Shown piece after piece: positions 1 through 10,144 of a stretch of DNA of 64,000 nt (positions are counted from its first letter, which is position 1; the number at the start of each line of letters is the position of its first letter). Source of the stretch: an uncultured Acidobacteriota bacterium (GTDB lineage Bacteria > Acidobacteriota > Thermoanaerobaculia > Gp7-AA8); the NCBI GenBank assembly GCA_963822445.1, contig CAWGHO010000002.1:160001-224000 (forward strand), in the 5' to 3' direction. Both the position numbers and the translations under genes were made by a program. The notes under the pieces are model-generated. The model made no database searches. It was not told the DNA's origin and was given only the letters and a program-made list of their open reading frames with translations.

Positions 1-435
1 CGCGCCGCCTCCGAAGACATTGGCAATGCCGATCCGCAGGCGCTCGTATTCGCGATCGCCGTGAAAGAGACCGTGCACTTCCTGGGGATGCCCGAAGCGG
101 GTGTTGCCTTGGCGCAGCTCGTCACCTATCTCGCCGCATCGCCGAAATCGAATGCCGCGTACGTCGGCTACGGCGAGGCCGTGCGCGAAGTGCGGCAGGG
201 GGACAATCCCGGCGTGCCGCTCCACATCCGCAACGCGCCGACCAAGCTGATGAAAGACATCGGCTACGGCAGCGGCTACAAGTACGCGCACGATTTCGAG
301 GAGCAGACCGCGGCCATGGAATGCCTGCCCGAAGCGTTGGCCGGACGCCGCTTCTACGAGCCGAAAGACGTCGGCGCGGAAGCGGAGATCAGGAAGCGGC
401 TGGAGAAGATGAAGAAGGCGCGCCGCTCAGACTGA
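1..435 (+). CDS. rarA: Replication-associated recombination protein A (RarA/MgsA), C-terminal part, 5'-truncated by the window
   Basis: ASEDIGNADP, LGMPE, SPKSNAAY, VPLHIRNAPTKLMKDIGYG.GYKYAHD motifs. Confidence 0.93.
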   Translation, partial: RAASEDIGNADPQALVFAIAVKETVHFLGMPEAGVALAQLVTYLAASPKSNAAYVGYGEAVREVRQGDNPGVPLHIRNAPTKLMKDIGYGSGYKYAHDFEEQTAAMECLPEALAGRRFYEPKDVGAEAEIRKRLEKMKKARRSD

Positions 436-826
436 CGCTGGCCCGCTTGATCGGCGTCGGCTTCCGGTCCTCGCCCAGGTTCACGTAAACCACGATCGCT
501 TCGGTCACCGTGACCCGTTCCGTCGCATCGGTCGCGCGAATGGCCTCGACCACGACTTTGGTCGTGATCGAGGTCTTTCCGATGCGCACGGTCTCGGTCC
601 AGAAGCTCACCAGGTCGCCGACGAAGACAGGCTCGTGAAATACGACCTTGTCCATCGACACGCTGACCAGGAGCTGGCAACCCTGCCGGCGCGCTTCGAT
701 CGCGCCGGCCTGGTCGATGTACGAAAGAATCACGCCGCCGAAGATGGTGCCGTGCGCGTTGGTGTCGCGCGGCATCATCAGCACGCGGATCGCGGGCTCA
801 TCCCATTTGGTGGGAACTTCCGTCAA
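389..826 (-). CDS. Acyl-CoA thioesterase (hotdog fold, YciA-like)
   Basis: MMPRDTNAHGTIFGGVILSYIDQAG motif; TTG start overlaps the ppiD stop (TTGA). Confidence 0.88.
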   Translation of the reverse strand: MTEVPTKWDEPAIRVLMMPRDTNAHGTIFGGVILSYIDQAGAIEARRQGCQLLVSVSMDKVVFHEPVFVGDLVSFWTETVRIGKTSITTKVVVEAIRATDATERVTVTEAIVVYVNLGEDRKPTPIKRASVSLSGAPSSSSPAAS

Positions 827-2784
827 AACGACGCCTGCTGCTGCTCCGCCGGCGGCTCGAGGATCGTGTCGTTGATCTCCACCTTCGAGTCCTTGCGAAG
901 CCGCTGCACGAGCGACGAGCGCAGGCTGCGGGACTGCTGCTGCCGGAGCGTGTCGACGTACTGTGCGCGATTCGTTTTCAGCTCGTCCGCGGTGACCTTC
1001 TTCTGCTCGAGCACTTCGAAGACCACCGCGCCGTCGGCGACAGTGATCGGACCCTGCAGCCCGCCCACTTTGCCCGCGATCGCGGCTTCGATGAGTGCCG
1101 AAGCGTCGCCGTTGATGCCGGCGACCGGACCCTGGCGGTTGGCCGTACCTTCGCGAGCGGCCGTTCCGGCCTTCTGCGCGACCTGGTCGAGCGTCGTCGC
1201 GCCGGCCATCATCGTTCCGAGGGTCGACTTCACCGCGTCGCGCGCCTTCTGCAGCTTGAGGTCCTGGGCAACCTTCTCTTTGACTTCCGAGAGCGGCGAG
1301 ATGCCCGCGGGACGGACCTTCTCGACGAAGACGATGGCCGGACCGCGGCTGGTGCCGATCGGCTGGCTGACATCGTTGGGCTTGGCCGCGAACGCCCACT
1401 CGACGAGCGGCGGGTTGTTGCCGATGCCGCTGATCTGCTCGCTCTTGCCGAACCAGCCGCTGTCGTTCGACGTCACGTTCGCCGTCGCCAGCGCGATGAA
1501 CTCCTGCACGTTCGCCGGCTTCTTGCTCTTGATGTTCAAGCCGATGCGGTTGATCTCGTTGCGGGCCTGCTCTTTGGCCAGATCGGCCGCGCCGCGAACC
1601 ATCAGTTCCGGCTTCACTTCCTCGAACGAGCGGTAGCCCGCCGGACGGCGCTCGCTGACGCGAACGATGTGATAGCCGAAATCGGCCGAGCGGATCGGAT
1701 CGCTGACCGTGTTCAGCGGCAGGGAGAAGATCGCGCTCTCGAACTCCGGAACGGTCACTCCCCGCTCGACGAAGCCCATGTCGCCGCCCATGGAGGACGA
1801 CGACGGATCATCCGAGTTCGCACGCGCGAGGACGCCGAAGTCCGCGCCGCCGCGAATCTGCTGCACGATGCCCTGGGCCTTCGCCCGCGCGGCCGCGTCG
1901 ACTTCCGGCGCTGCACCCGGATCGACCTTCACCAGGATGTGCTGAACGCGCGCGGCGTCCTGCGTTTTGTACTGCTCGCGATTGTCGCTGTAGAACTTGC
2001 GGAGGTTCTCGTCGCTCGGCGTGATCTGCGCGCGGAGCTTGTTGTGGTCCGCGAGAAGGTAGCGAATGCTGCGCTGTTCGCCGTGCGTGTATTTGGACTG
2101 GTTCTTCTGGTAGTAGTCGGCGACTTCCGCGTCGGACACGGTCATCGTCGCCGCCTGCTGCGAAGCGGGCAGCAGCACGTACCGGATCTTGGCGTTCTCG
2201 TTCATCCGCTTGTACTCGGCATCCGCCGCTTTCGGCGAGATGACGATCGAGCTGGTGAGCGCGCTCTCGATCTTGCCCACGGTGATCTCGCGAGCGAGGT
2301 CGGATTCGAAGTCGGCCGCGCTGGCGTAGCCGAGGGGGCCGGTGACGTAGCGGGTGTAGAGCTCCATGCCGACGAACTTGCCGTCCTGGAGGAAGGTGGG
2401 CATGGTCAGGAGCTTGCGGCGGACTTCTTCCGGCGTCGCGGTCAGGTTCAGCCGCTCGGCCTCCTGGGCCATGAGCGCGCGATCGACGAGCGAGTTCAGC
2501 ACCTGCCGGGGAAGGCCCATCTGCTGCGCCATCTGCGGCGTCCACTGCGCGCCGTACATCTGCTTGTAGACGCCCTCGTAGTTCTTGAGGGCGCGGTAGT
2601 AATCGTTGTAGGTGATCGTCTCGCCGTTGACGCGCGCGGCGAAGACGCGGTTGTCGTTCGGGTTGTTACCCATCGCCCCGCTGAGGCCCATGTCCAGGAA
2701 GACGAACCCGAACACGAACGCCACCACGACGGCGAGGAGAATCCATTTGAGCTTGTGAAAGCTGTCCCGCATTGACTTGAGCAT
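823..2784 (-). CDS. ppiD: PpiD/SurA-family peptidyl-prolyl isomerase chaperone
   Basis: N-terminal TM, SurA-N region, parvulin motifs (HILVK, DFGVLARANSDD, GGDMG, FGYHIVRV). Confidence 0.88.
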   Translation of the reverse strand: MLKSMRDSFHKLKWILLAVVVAFVFGFVFLDMGLSGAMGNNPNDNRVFAARVNGETITYNDYYRALKNYEGVYKQMYGAQWTPQMAQQMGLPRQVLNSLVDRALMAQEAERLNLTATPEEVRRKLLTMPTFLQDGKFVGMELYTRYVTGPLGYASAADFESDLAREITVGKIESALTSSIVISPKAADAEYKRMNENAKIRYVLLPASQQAATMTVSDAEVADYYQKNQSKYTHGEQRSIRYLLADHNKLRAQITPSDENLRKFYSDNREQYKTQDAARVQHILVKVDPGAAPEVDAAARAKAQGIVQQIRGGADFGVLARANSDDPSSSSMGGDMGFVERGVTVPEFESAIFSLPLNTVSDPIRSADFGYHIVRVSERRPAGYRSFEEVKPELMVRGAADLAKEQARNEINRIGLNIKSKKPANVQEFIALATANVTSNDSGWFGKSEQISGIGNNPPLVEWAFAAKPNDVSQPIGTSRGPAIVFVEKVRPAGISPLSEVKEKVAQDLKLQKARDAVKSTLGTMMAGATTLDQVAQKAGTAAREGTANRQGPVAGINGDASALIEAAIAGKVGGLQGPITVADGAVVFEVLEQKKVTADELKTNRAQYVDTLRQQQSRSLRSSLVQRLRKDSKVEINDTILEPPAEQQQASF

Positions 2785-2907
2785 TGAAAAACTACCTTTC
2801 GGACGCCGGGAACCCGGTGCGAAGTTGCAGAAAAAGCGCGGCAGTTTACCTATTCCCGCCACGCACGCCAAACCCATTCAATGCGTTACACTTCCACCGC
2901 CGTCCCG

Positions 2908-4347
2908 ATGGCCAGTAAAAAGAGACAAAGCTCCTCGGCAGAGATCGATTGGTATCTGATCTCCATCGACCGTCTGAAGCAGATCGGACTGGTCCTCCTC
3001 CTCATTCTCCTCGGCGGCGCCGGCTACTGGTTCTGGGAGAGTCAGAAGGGCAGCCCGAAGGCCAATGCAGAGTCCGCGATCGCTGAGGCCCGGCAGTCGC
3101 TGAACCTGCTGGCCAGCTCGCCCGAGTACAACACGCGGCGGATGGAGTTCAACCGGGCCCAGCAGAAGCTCGACGAAGCAAACACACACCTCGCCGCGTC
3201 GCGATTCACCGAAGCGCAGGGCGCCGCCGTCGAATCGCACACCATCAGCCGGGCCGCGCTCAGCGGAACGCAGGATGTCGAAAACGACGCGCAGTTCCTG
3301 GCCGTCGAAGGCGACGTCAAGTTTCAGAAAGGCGCTTCCGGCGACTGGAAAGACGCCGAATCGCGGACGCCGCTCTTCAATGGCGACTGGGTGAAGACCG
3401 GCAGTCGCGCCTCCGCGGAGCTGATGTTCTCGAACGGCACGTTGTACACGGTCGGGCCGAGCGCGCTCCTCGAGATCTACTCGGCCGTCGCGCCGGGCAC
3501 CGCCGAAAAGACGAATGCCGTCACGATGCAGGTCGGGTCGGTCGAAGTCGAGACGACTGACGAGACTTCCACGGTCCGCACCCCGGGAACGCATGTGGTC
3601 GTCGATTCGAAGTCGATGACGCAAGTCGAAGTCGACGAAGCGTCGAAGAAGACTGACGTCACCAGCGCCCGGGGCGCGGCCTCGGTTTCTCCGGCCTCGG
3701 GCGGAGCGGCGATCCGTCTCGGCGCCGGCGAGCGCGTCAGCGCTTCGGAGCAGGGCGCGCTGACCGCGGTCAAGAAGCTCTCTCCTTCCCCCGCTCTCCT
3801 TTCGCCCGGCGACAACCAGGTCCTCCAGCTCTCGAACGATCTCCAGGTCGAGATGATCTGGGAGGCGCAGCCCACCGCAACCGGCTATCAGCTGCAGGTC
3901 TCCCGCTCCCGCCTGTTCTCGACGCAGGAGATCAACTCCCGCCGCCAGAAGACCTCGGCGAAAGCGAAGATCACCGAGCAGGGGGGCTTCTTCTGGCGCG
4001 TGGCCTCGATCGGGCCGGACGGCGAGATCGGTCCCTTCTCCGTTCCGCGGCGTTTCCGCGTCATCGGCGGCGGCACGGCCAAGGACGGCGGGGACAAGAC
4101 TCCGCCGCAGCTCGCGCTCAAGAATCCCTTCCCGCTGGGCGGCGTGTTCTTCACCATCGCCGGCGTCACCGAGCCGGGAGCGTCGGTCTTCATCAATGAA
4201 GAGGAAGCGGACGTCGATTCGAAGGGCGCGTTCCAGAAGGTGATGAGCTTCGGAAGGGTCGGCCGCAACGACGTGGTGGTGAAGGCCATCGATGCGGCGG
4301 GCAATCAGACGATACAATCGCAGACCGTTGTTGTTGCTGAAGAGTAG
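2908..4347 (+). CDS. Membrane-anchored FecR-domain protein with C-terminal FN3/Ig-like domains
   Basis: TM helix; GDWVKTGSRASAELMFSNGT FecR-like segment; YQLQVSRS...FFWRVASIG; GVTEPGASVFIN. Confidence 0.7.
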   Translation: MASKKRQSSSAEIDWYLISIDRLKQIGLVLLLILLGGAGYWFWESQKGSPKANAESAIAEARQSLNLLASSPEYNTRRMEFNRAQQKLDEANTHLAASRFTEAQGAAVESHTISRAALSGTQDVENDAQFLAVEGDVKFQKGASGDWKDAESRTPLFNGDWVKTGSRASAELMFSNGTLYTVGPSALLEIYSAVAPGTAEKTNAVTMQVGSVEVETTDETSTVRTPGTHVVVDSKSMTQVEVDEASKKTDVTSARGAASVSPASGGAAIRLGAGERVSASEQGALTAVKKLSPSPALLSPGDNQVLQLSNDLQVEMIWEAQPTATGYQLQVSRSRLFSTQEINSRRQKTSAKAKITEQGGFFWRVASIGPDGEIGPFSVPRRFRVIGGGTAKDGGDKTPPQLALKNPFPLGGVFFTIAGVTEPGASVFINEEEADVDSKGAFQKVMSFGRVGRNDVVVKAIDAAGNQTIQSQTVVVAEE

Positions 4348-5490
<1,143 letters not shown>

Positions 5491-5491
5491 T

Positions 5492-5568
5492 GGTTACGAG
5501 GTTGCGGGGTTACGAGGTTACGGGGGAGTTCTTCACCTCGTAACCCCGCAACCTCGTAACCTCGCAAC
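5492..5568. repeat. Tandem-octamer inverted-repeat hairpin (GGTTRCGR x4, spacer, inverted x4)
   Basis: ggttacga ggttgcgg ggttacga ggttacgg ... cctcgtaa ccccgcaa cctcgtaa cctcgcaa. Confidence 0.9.
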
Positions 5569-5613
5569 GACACACCACGTGGCCCAAAACCTGCTCAGGT
5601 CCACCCTCGAAAC

Positions 5614-6474
5614 ATGGCAGTCCCGACCGACGTAATCCCACGCCGACCTACGTTGCTGTTCATCCTCGTGCTCGGAGGATTGTTCATCCTCATGAGCCTG
5701 AGCAGCCGCACGCGCTATGTCGGCGAGACGCGCACTCTCGCCGAGCGCACGGTCATGACCATCTTCTCGCCCGTGCCGAAGCTGGTGAACGTCGTCGGCG
5801 GCACGACCAAGGACATGTACCACGGCTATCTGGACATGCGCCGGGCGGTGAATGAGAACGTCGACCTCCGCCGGAAAGTGGCTTCGCTCACCACCGAGAA
5901 CCTCAAGCTCCGGCAGTCCGAGGGAGATCTTCGGCGCATGCGCAGCCTGCTCGCGTACTCCGAGCAGTTCAACATGCAGACGTCGATGGCCCAGACGATC
6001 ATGCTGGACACGGCCGGCCGCTTCAAATCGATCATCATCGACCGCGGCTCGGCGGACGGCGTGGAAGTGAACGACGTCATCGCCAACGCCAACGGCCTGA
6101 TCGGCCGCGTCGTCCTGACCACGAACGATCTCGCCAAAGTGCAGCTCGTCACCGACAACAACTGCGCGGTCGGCGCGCTCGTCGAGCGCACGCGCCGCCA
6201 AGGGGTCGTTCGCGGCAACGGCACGAACGCCATTCACATGTTCGACATCCCCTCGCTGGCAGACGTGCAGGCCGGCGATCGCGTGCTCACCGCGGGCATC
6301 GACGGCATCTATCCCAAAGGCATCCCCGTCGGCGTGATCACCAAAGCCGAGGCCGGGCAGTCGTTGTTCAAGACCATCCAGGTGAAGTCGGCGGTCGACT
6401 TCGGGACCGTGGAGGAAGTGATCGTGATCCACACCCGCAAAGTGCCGCCGGCAGTGGTGAGGTACGCGCCATGA
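5614..6474 (+). CDS. mreC: Rod shape-determining protein MreC
   Basis: TM, coiled coil, IIIDRGSADGV, GLIGRV, LTAGIDGIYPKGIPVG; follows mreB. Confidence 0.95.
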   Translation: MAVPTDVIPRRPTLLFILVLGGLFILMSLSSRTRYVGETRTLAERTVMTIFSPVPKLVNVVGGTTKDMYHGYLDMRRAVNENVDLRRKVASLTTENLKLRQSEGDLRRMRSLLAYSEQFNMQTSMAQTIMLDTAGRFKSIIIDRGSADGVEVNDVIANANGLIGRVVLTTNDLAKVQLVTDNNCAVGALVERTRRQGVVRGNGTNAIHMFDIPSLADVQAGDRVLTAGIDGIYPKGIPVGVITKAEAGQSLFKTIQVKSAVDFGTVEEVIVIHTRKVPPAVVRYAP

Positions 6475-6977
6475 GATGGCTCCGGTTCGCCATCGGCCTG
6501 CTCCTCGCCCTCACCCTGCACTCGCTCCTCGACAGCTTCTATCCGAACGCTCTGGCGTTCTTCAATCCGTACATCATCCTGGTCGCCTACTACTCGATGG
6601 GCGGGAACATCGTCGGCGCGATCTTCGCCGGCATCGCCGCCGGATTCGTTCAGGACGCTTTCTCGAACGCGATGTTCGGCCTGCACGCCTTCGCGCTCAC
6701 GGTTTGCGCGTACGTGATCGCATACATCAACGCCCGGCTCTCGCTCCGCGGCGTCCTGGCCTTCGGCGCCTGCCTCGGCGGCGCGGTCATCGTCAACGAG
6801 CTCGTCATCTACGTCCTGGTGAACATTCTTGTGAAACAGAAGATCGAGATGTTCGAACAGGCGCTTCTCGTGAAAGTGATCTTCACCCTGTTGTTCGGGA
6901 TGTTCGTGTATCAGTTGTTGACACTGTTCTTACGTGAAGAGCCGATCGAAGCGACTCGACGGCAGGCTACGTGGTGA
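6471..6977 (+). CDS. mreD: Rod shape-determining protein MreD
   Basis: Hydrophobic 168 aa, GFVQDAFS..FGLHA; between mreC and mrdA. Confidence 0.9.
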   Translation: MRWLRFAIGLLLALTLHSLLDSFYPNALAFFNPYIILVAYYSMGGNIVGAIFAGIAAGFVQDAFSNAMFGLHAFALTVCAYVIAYINARLSLRGVLAFGACLGGAVIVNELVIYVLVNILVKQKIEMFEQALLVKVIFTLLFGMFVYQLLTLFLREEPIEATRRQATW

Positions 6978-6979
6978 TT

Positions 6980-7067
6980 GGTTGCTGAGTTGCTAGGTTG
7001 CTGAGTTGCTGGGTCCCACCGCCCGGCTCGACACCCAGCAACTCAGCAACTCAGCAACCCAGGAACC
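6980..7067. repeat. Tandem-octamer inverted-repeat hairpin (RGTTGCTR x4, inverted x4)
   Basis: ggttgctg agttgcta ggttgctg agttgctg ... cagcaact cagcaact cagcaacc caggaacc. Confidence 0.9.
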
Positions 7068-7073
7068 CCAAAA

Positions 7074-9033
7074 ATGCGCGTATATCGCGACGACCAAAAG
7101 TTCCTCCAATTCCGCATCAACGCCGTGCTCTGGGGCATCGTGGCGGCGTTCGTCTTTCTGGCCGGCTCGTTCTGGTTCGTGCAGGGCGTGCAGGCGGAGA
7201 AGTACCGCGGGCTCTCCGAGGCCAATGCCCTGCGGGAGATCGAGGTGCCGGCGAAACGCGGGCTGATCATGGACCGCTACGGCAAGATCGTCGCGGACAA
7301 CCAGGCCGCGTACGAGCTGCAGATCGACCGCGTCGTGATGAAGCCGCTGCTCAAGGCGGATCCGAAGCATCGCGACAAGCTCATCACCTTCATCTCGACG
7401 GTCCTCGGCGTCACCGAGCCCGAGCTCCGCGCCCGCTACGACAAAGAAGCGTCTGAAGTCCCGACCACCCGGCCCTTCCCGCTCGCCGAAGACCTGACCA
7501 TGTCCCAGGTCGCGACGCTGAAGGCGCAGTCGATCGCCTTCCCCGAGATCAACGTCATCCCCGTCCAGCGCCGCAACTACCCCTACCAGACCATGGCCGC
7601 GCACGTCCTCGGATTCATCGGGGAGGTCGGCGACAAAGAGCTTTCGCAGAACGAGGCCTTCGAACAGGGCGACCTGATCGGCAAGCGCGGCGTCGAGCTG
7701 ATGTACGACTCCTACCTCCGCGGCCAGGACGGCGCCGAGTACTGGGAGTACGACGCGGACGGCCGCCGGCTCAGCGAATACGCGCCAGCCCGCAAGATTC
7801 CCGTTCCGGGCGACAACATCTATCTCACCCTCGACTTCGAGCTGCAGCGCCGCGCCGAGCAGTACTTCGCGGAGAACGAGATGGTCGGCGCGGCCGTGGT
7901 CCTCGATCCCGCGCAACGGCGAGGTCCTGGCGATGGTCTCCTCCCCCGCCTACAACCCCAACGTCTACTCGAAGCGGTTCGCGCCCGACGTCTGGAAGAC
8001 GATCATCGAGCAACCCCTTCAAGATCGAGCTGAATCGCGCCATCCAGGGCATGTACTCGCCCGGCTCGGTCTTCAAAGTGGTCATGGCCATCGCCGGACT
8101 TTCGGACGGCGTGGTCGACCCGCACACGACGTTCAACTGCGGCGGCAGCGGCGTGTTCCGCGGACGGCGCTTCCGCTGCTGGAAGAAGGAAGGCCACGGC
8201 GCGGTCGACGTCCGAGCGCGCGATGAAGGTCTCCTGCGACATCTACTTCTACAACGTCGGTGACCGCCTCGGCGTCGACAAGATCAACAAGTACGCGCAC
8301 CAGCTGACCTTCGGCGAGATCTCGCACATCGATCTCGACGGCGAGCAAGCGGGCCTGGTCCCCTCGATCGAGTGGCGCCGCAAGAATCCCGTCCGAACCT
8401 CGCGCGGCGCTGATCCGAAGTGGTATCCGGCCGAGACCATCTCCGTGGCCATCGGCCAGGGCCCGCTCATCGTGACGCCGCTGCAGGTCGCGAACATGAC
8501 CGCGGCCGTCGCCAACGGCGGCAAGGTCTTCCAGCCGCACGTCGTCCGCTACGTCGACCGCGTGCAGCCCGACGGCTCGTACAAGCGGTTCCGCGTTCCG
8601 AGCCGCGTGCTCCACGAGATCAAGCTTTCACCCGGCGCGCTCAAATCAGTGCGCGACGGTCTGTGGAAGGTGGTCAATGAGCAGGGCGGCACCGGCGGCA
8701 ACGCGCGCATCGAAGGGCTCGACATCTCCGGCAAGACCGGAACGGTGCAGGTCATCCGGCAGGTCGGCTGGGTCAAGTCGGAGCACCTGCCGTTCAAGTA
8801 CCGCGACCACGCCTGGTTCGCCTCGTTCGCACCGCTGAACAATCCGCAGATGGTCGTGGTCGTGTTCGTCGAGCACGGCGGCCACGGCGGATCGGACGCG
8901 GCGCCCCTGGCGAAGCTGCTTTACGAATCGCAGATTCCGCGACAAAGTCACCGGCGCCCGCCTCGATCTGAGCAATCCCGAGACGCTCGAGCAGATCAAG
9001 GAAGGGGAGCTGCCGCTCCCGACCACACGATGA
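7074..9033 (+). CDS. mrdA: Penicillin-binding protein 2; reading frame broken about 4 times (probable sequencing indels)
   Basis: PAKRGLIMDR, YSPGSVFK (SxxK), SCD, GKTGT spread over consecutive frames; shifts near 7910, 8010, 8213, 8930. Confidence 0.9.
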
Positions 9034-10135
9034 TCTTCCGCGACCGGCGCATGCCGTCCGTCGACCTCAATTTTCTCGGCACCGCCGTGGTGCTGGCGAT
9101 CATCGGCTGTGTGCTGATCTACAGCGCCACGTACTACAGCGAGCCTTCGCTGAGCACGGTCAAGCGGCAGATGATCTGGGTGTGCATCGGCATCGCTCTG
9201 ATGATCGCCTTCATGGTCATCGACTACCACGTGCTGTTCGACATCGCCCCGATCCTGTACGGCATCGGCATCCTGCTACTGATCTACCTGCTGATCTGGG
9301 GACAGGTCACGGCGAACGTGAAGTCGTGGATCCGCTTCGGAGGCTTTCAGTTCCAGCCCGCCGAGTTCATGAAGGTGTTCACGGCGCTGATGGTGGCGCG
9401 CTACTTCGACTCGAACGATCGCGCGTACCTGAACTTCCGCACGTTCATGATCGCCATGGGCATCATCGCCCTGCCGGTCGGCCTGATCATCGTGCAGCCC
9501 GACTTCGGGACCGCGGCGTCGTTCTTCCCGCTCGTGGCCGTGGCGATGTTCTTCGGCGGCATCCGCGCGCAGGTCTGGACGGCGATGGTCCTGGCAGTGC
9601 TGATCGCGTCTGCCGGCCACCTACTTCTTCTTCCTCAAGCCCTATCAGCGTGAGCGCATCGCCATCTTTCTCAATCCGGAGCGCGATCCGCTCGGCTCGG
9701 GCTATCAGGTGACGCAGGCCAAGATCGCCATCGGCTCGGGCGGGATTCACGGCAAGGGATTCACGCACGGGACGCAGGGCAAGTTCGGCTTCGTCCCCGA
9801 GCATCACACCGACTTCATCTTCGCCGTCCTCGGCGAGGAATGGGGCTTCATCGGCGTGGTGATCGTGCTCGGGCTCTACCTCTACTTCGTCATACCAGGC
9901 TCTGACCTTCGCCAAACACGCACGTGACCGGGGAGGCACGTTCCTGATCATCTGCCTGGTCATGTTCTTCGTGTTTCACATCCTCATCAACGTGTCGATG
10001 CAGATCGGCATCCTGCCGACGACCGGCATTCCGCTGCCGCTGATCTCGTACGGCGGCTCGTCGACGATGATGTTCTTCATGGCCATCGGGTTGATCGCGA
10101 ACGTGGACATGCGGCGTTTCGTCAACGCGCCGTAA
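9030..10135 (+). CDS. rodA: Rod shape-determining protein RodA (SEDS); about 2 probable sequencing frameshifts
   Basis: QPAEFMK, QPDFGT, AIGSGG, PEHHTDFIF, PTTGIPLPLISYGGSS. Confidence 0.92.
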
Positions 10136-10144
10136 ACTCCCCCC

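Noticed and set aside
5492-7067. Short repeats read as a CRISPR array
   Set aside because: Units are 7-8 nt in direct tandem with no unique spacers between them, and no cas genes are present.
8223-9653. Apparent PBP2-RodA fusion ORF of 476 aa
   Set aside because: It is produced by the indel near 8930. A normal mrdA stop and rodA start overlap (ATGA) at 9030-9033.
7900-9900. Frameshifts in mrdA and rodA read as pseudogenisation or programmed recoding
   Set aside because: They look like single extra bases, with no in-frame stops in the restored frame, no slippery motifs and intact catalytic motifs. Sequencing or assembly error is the simplest explanation.
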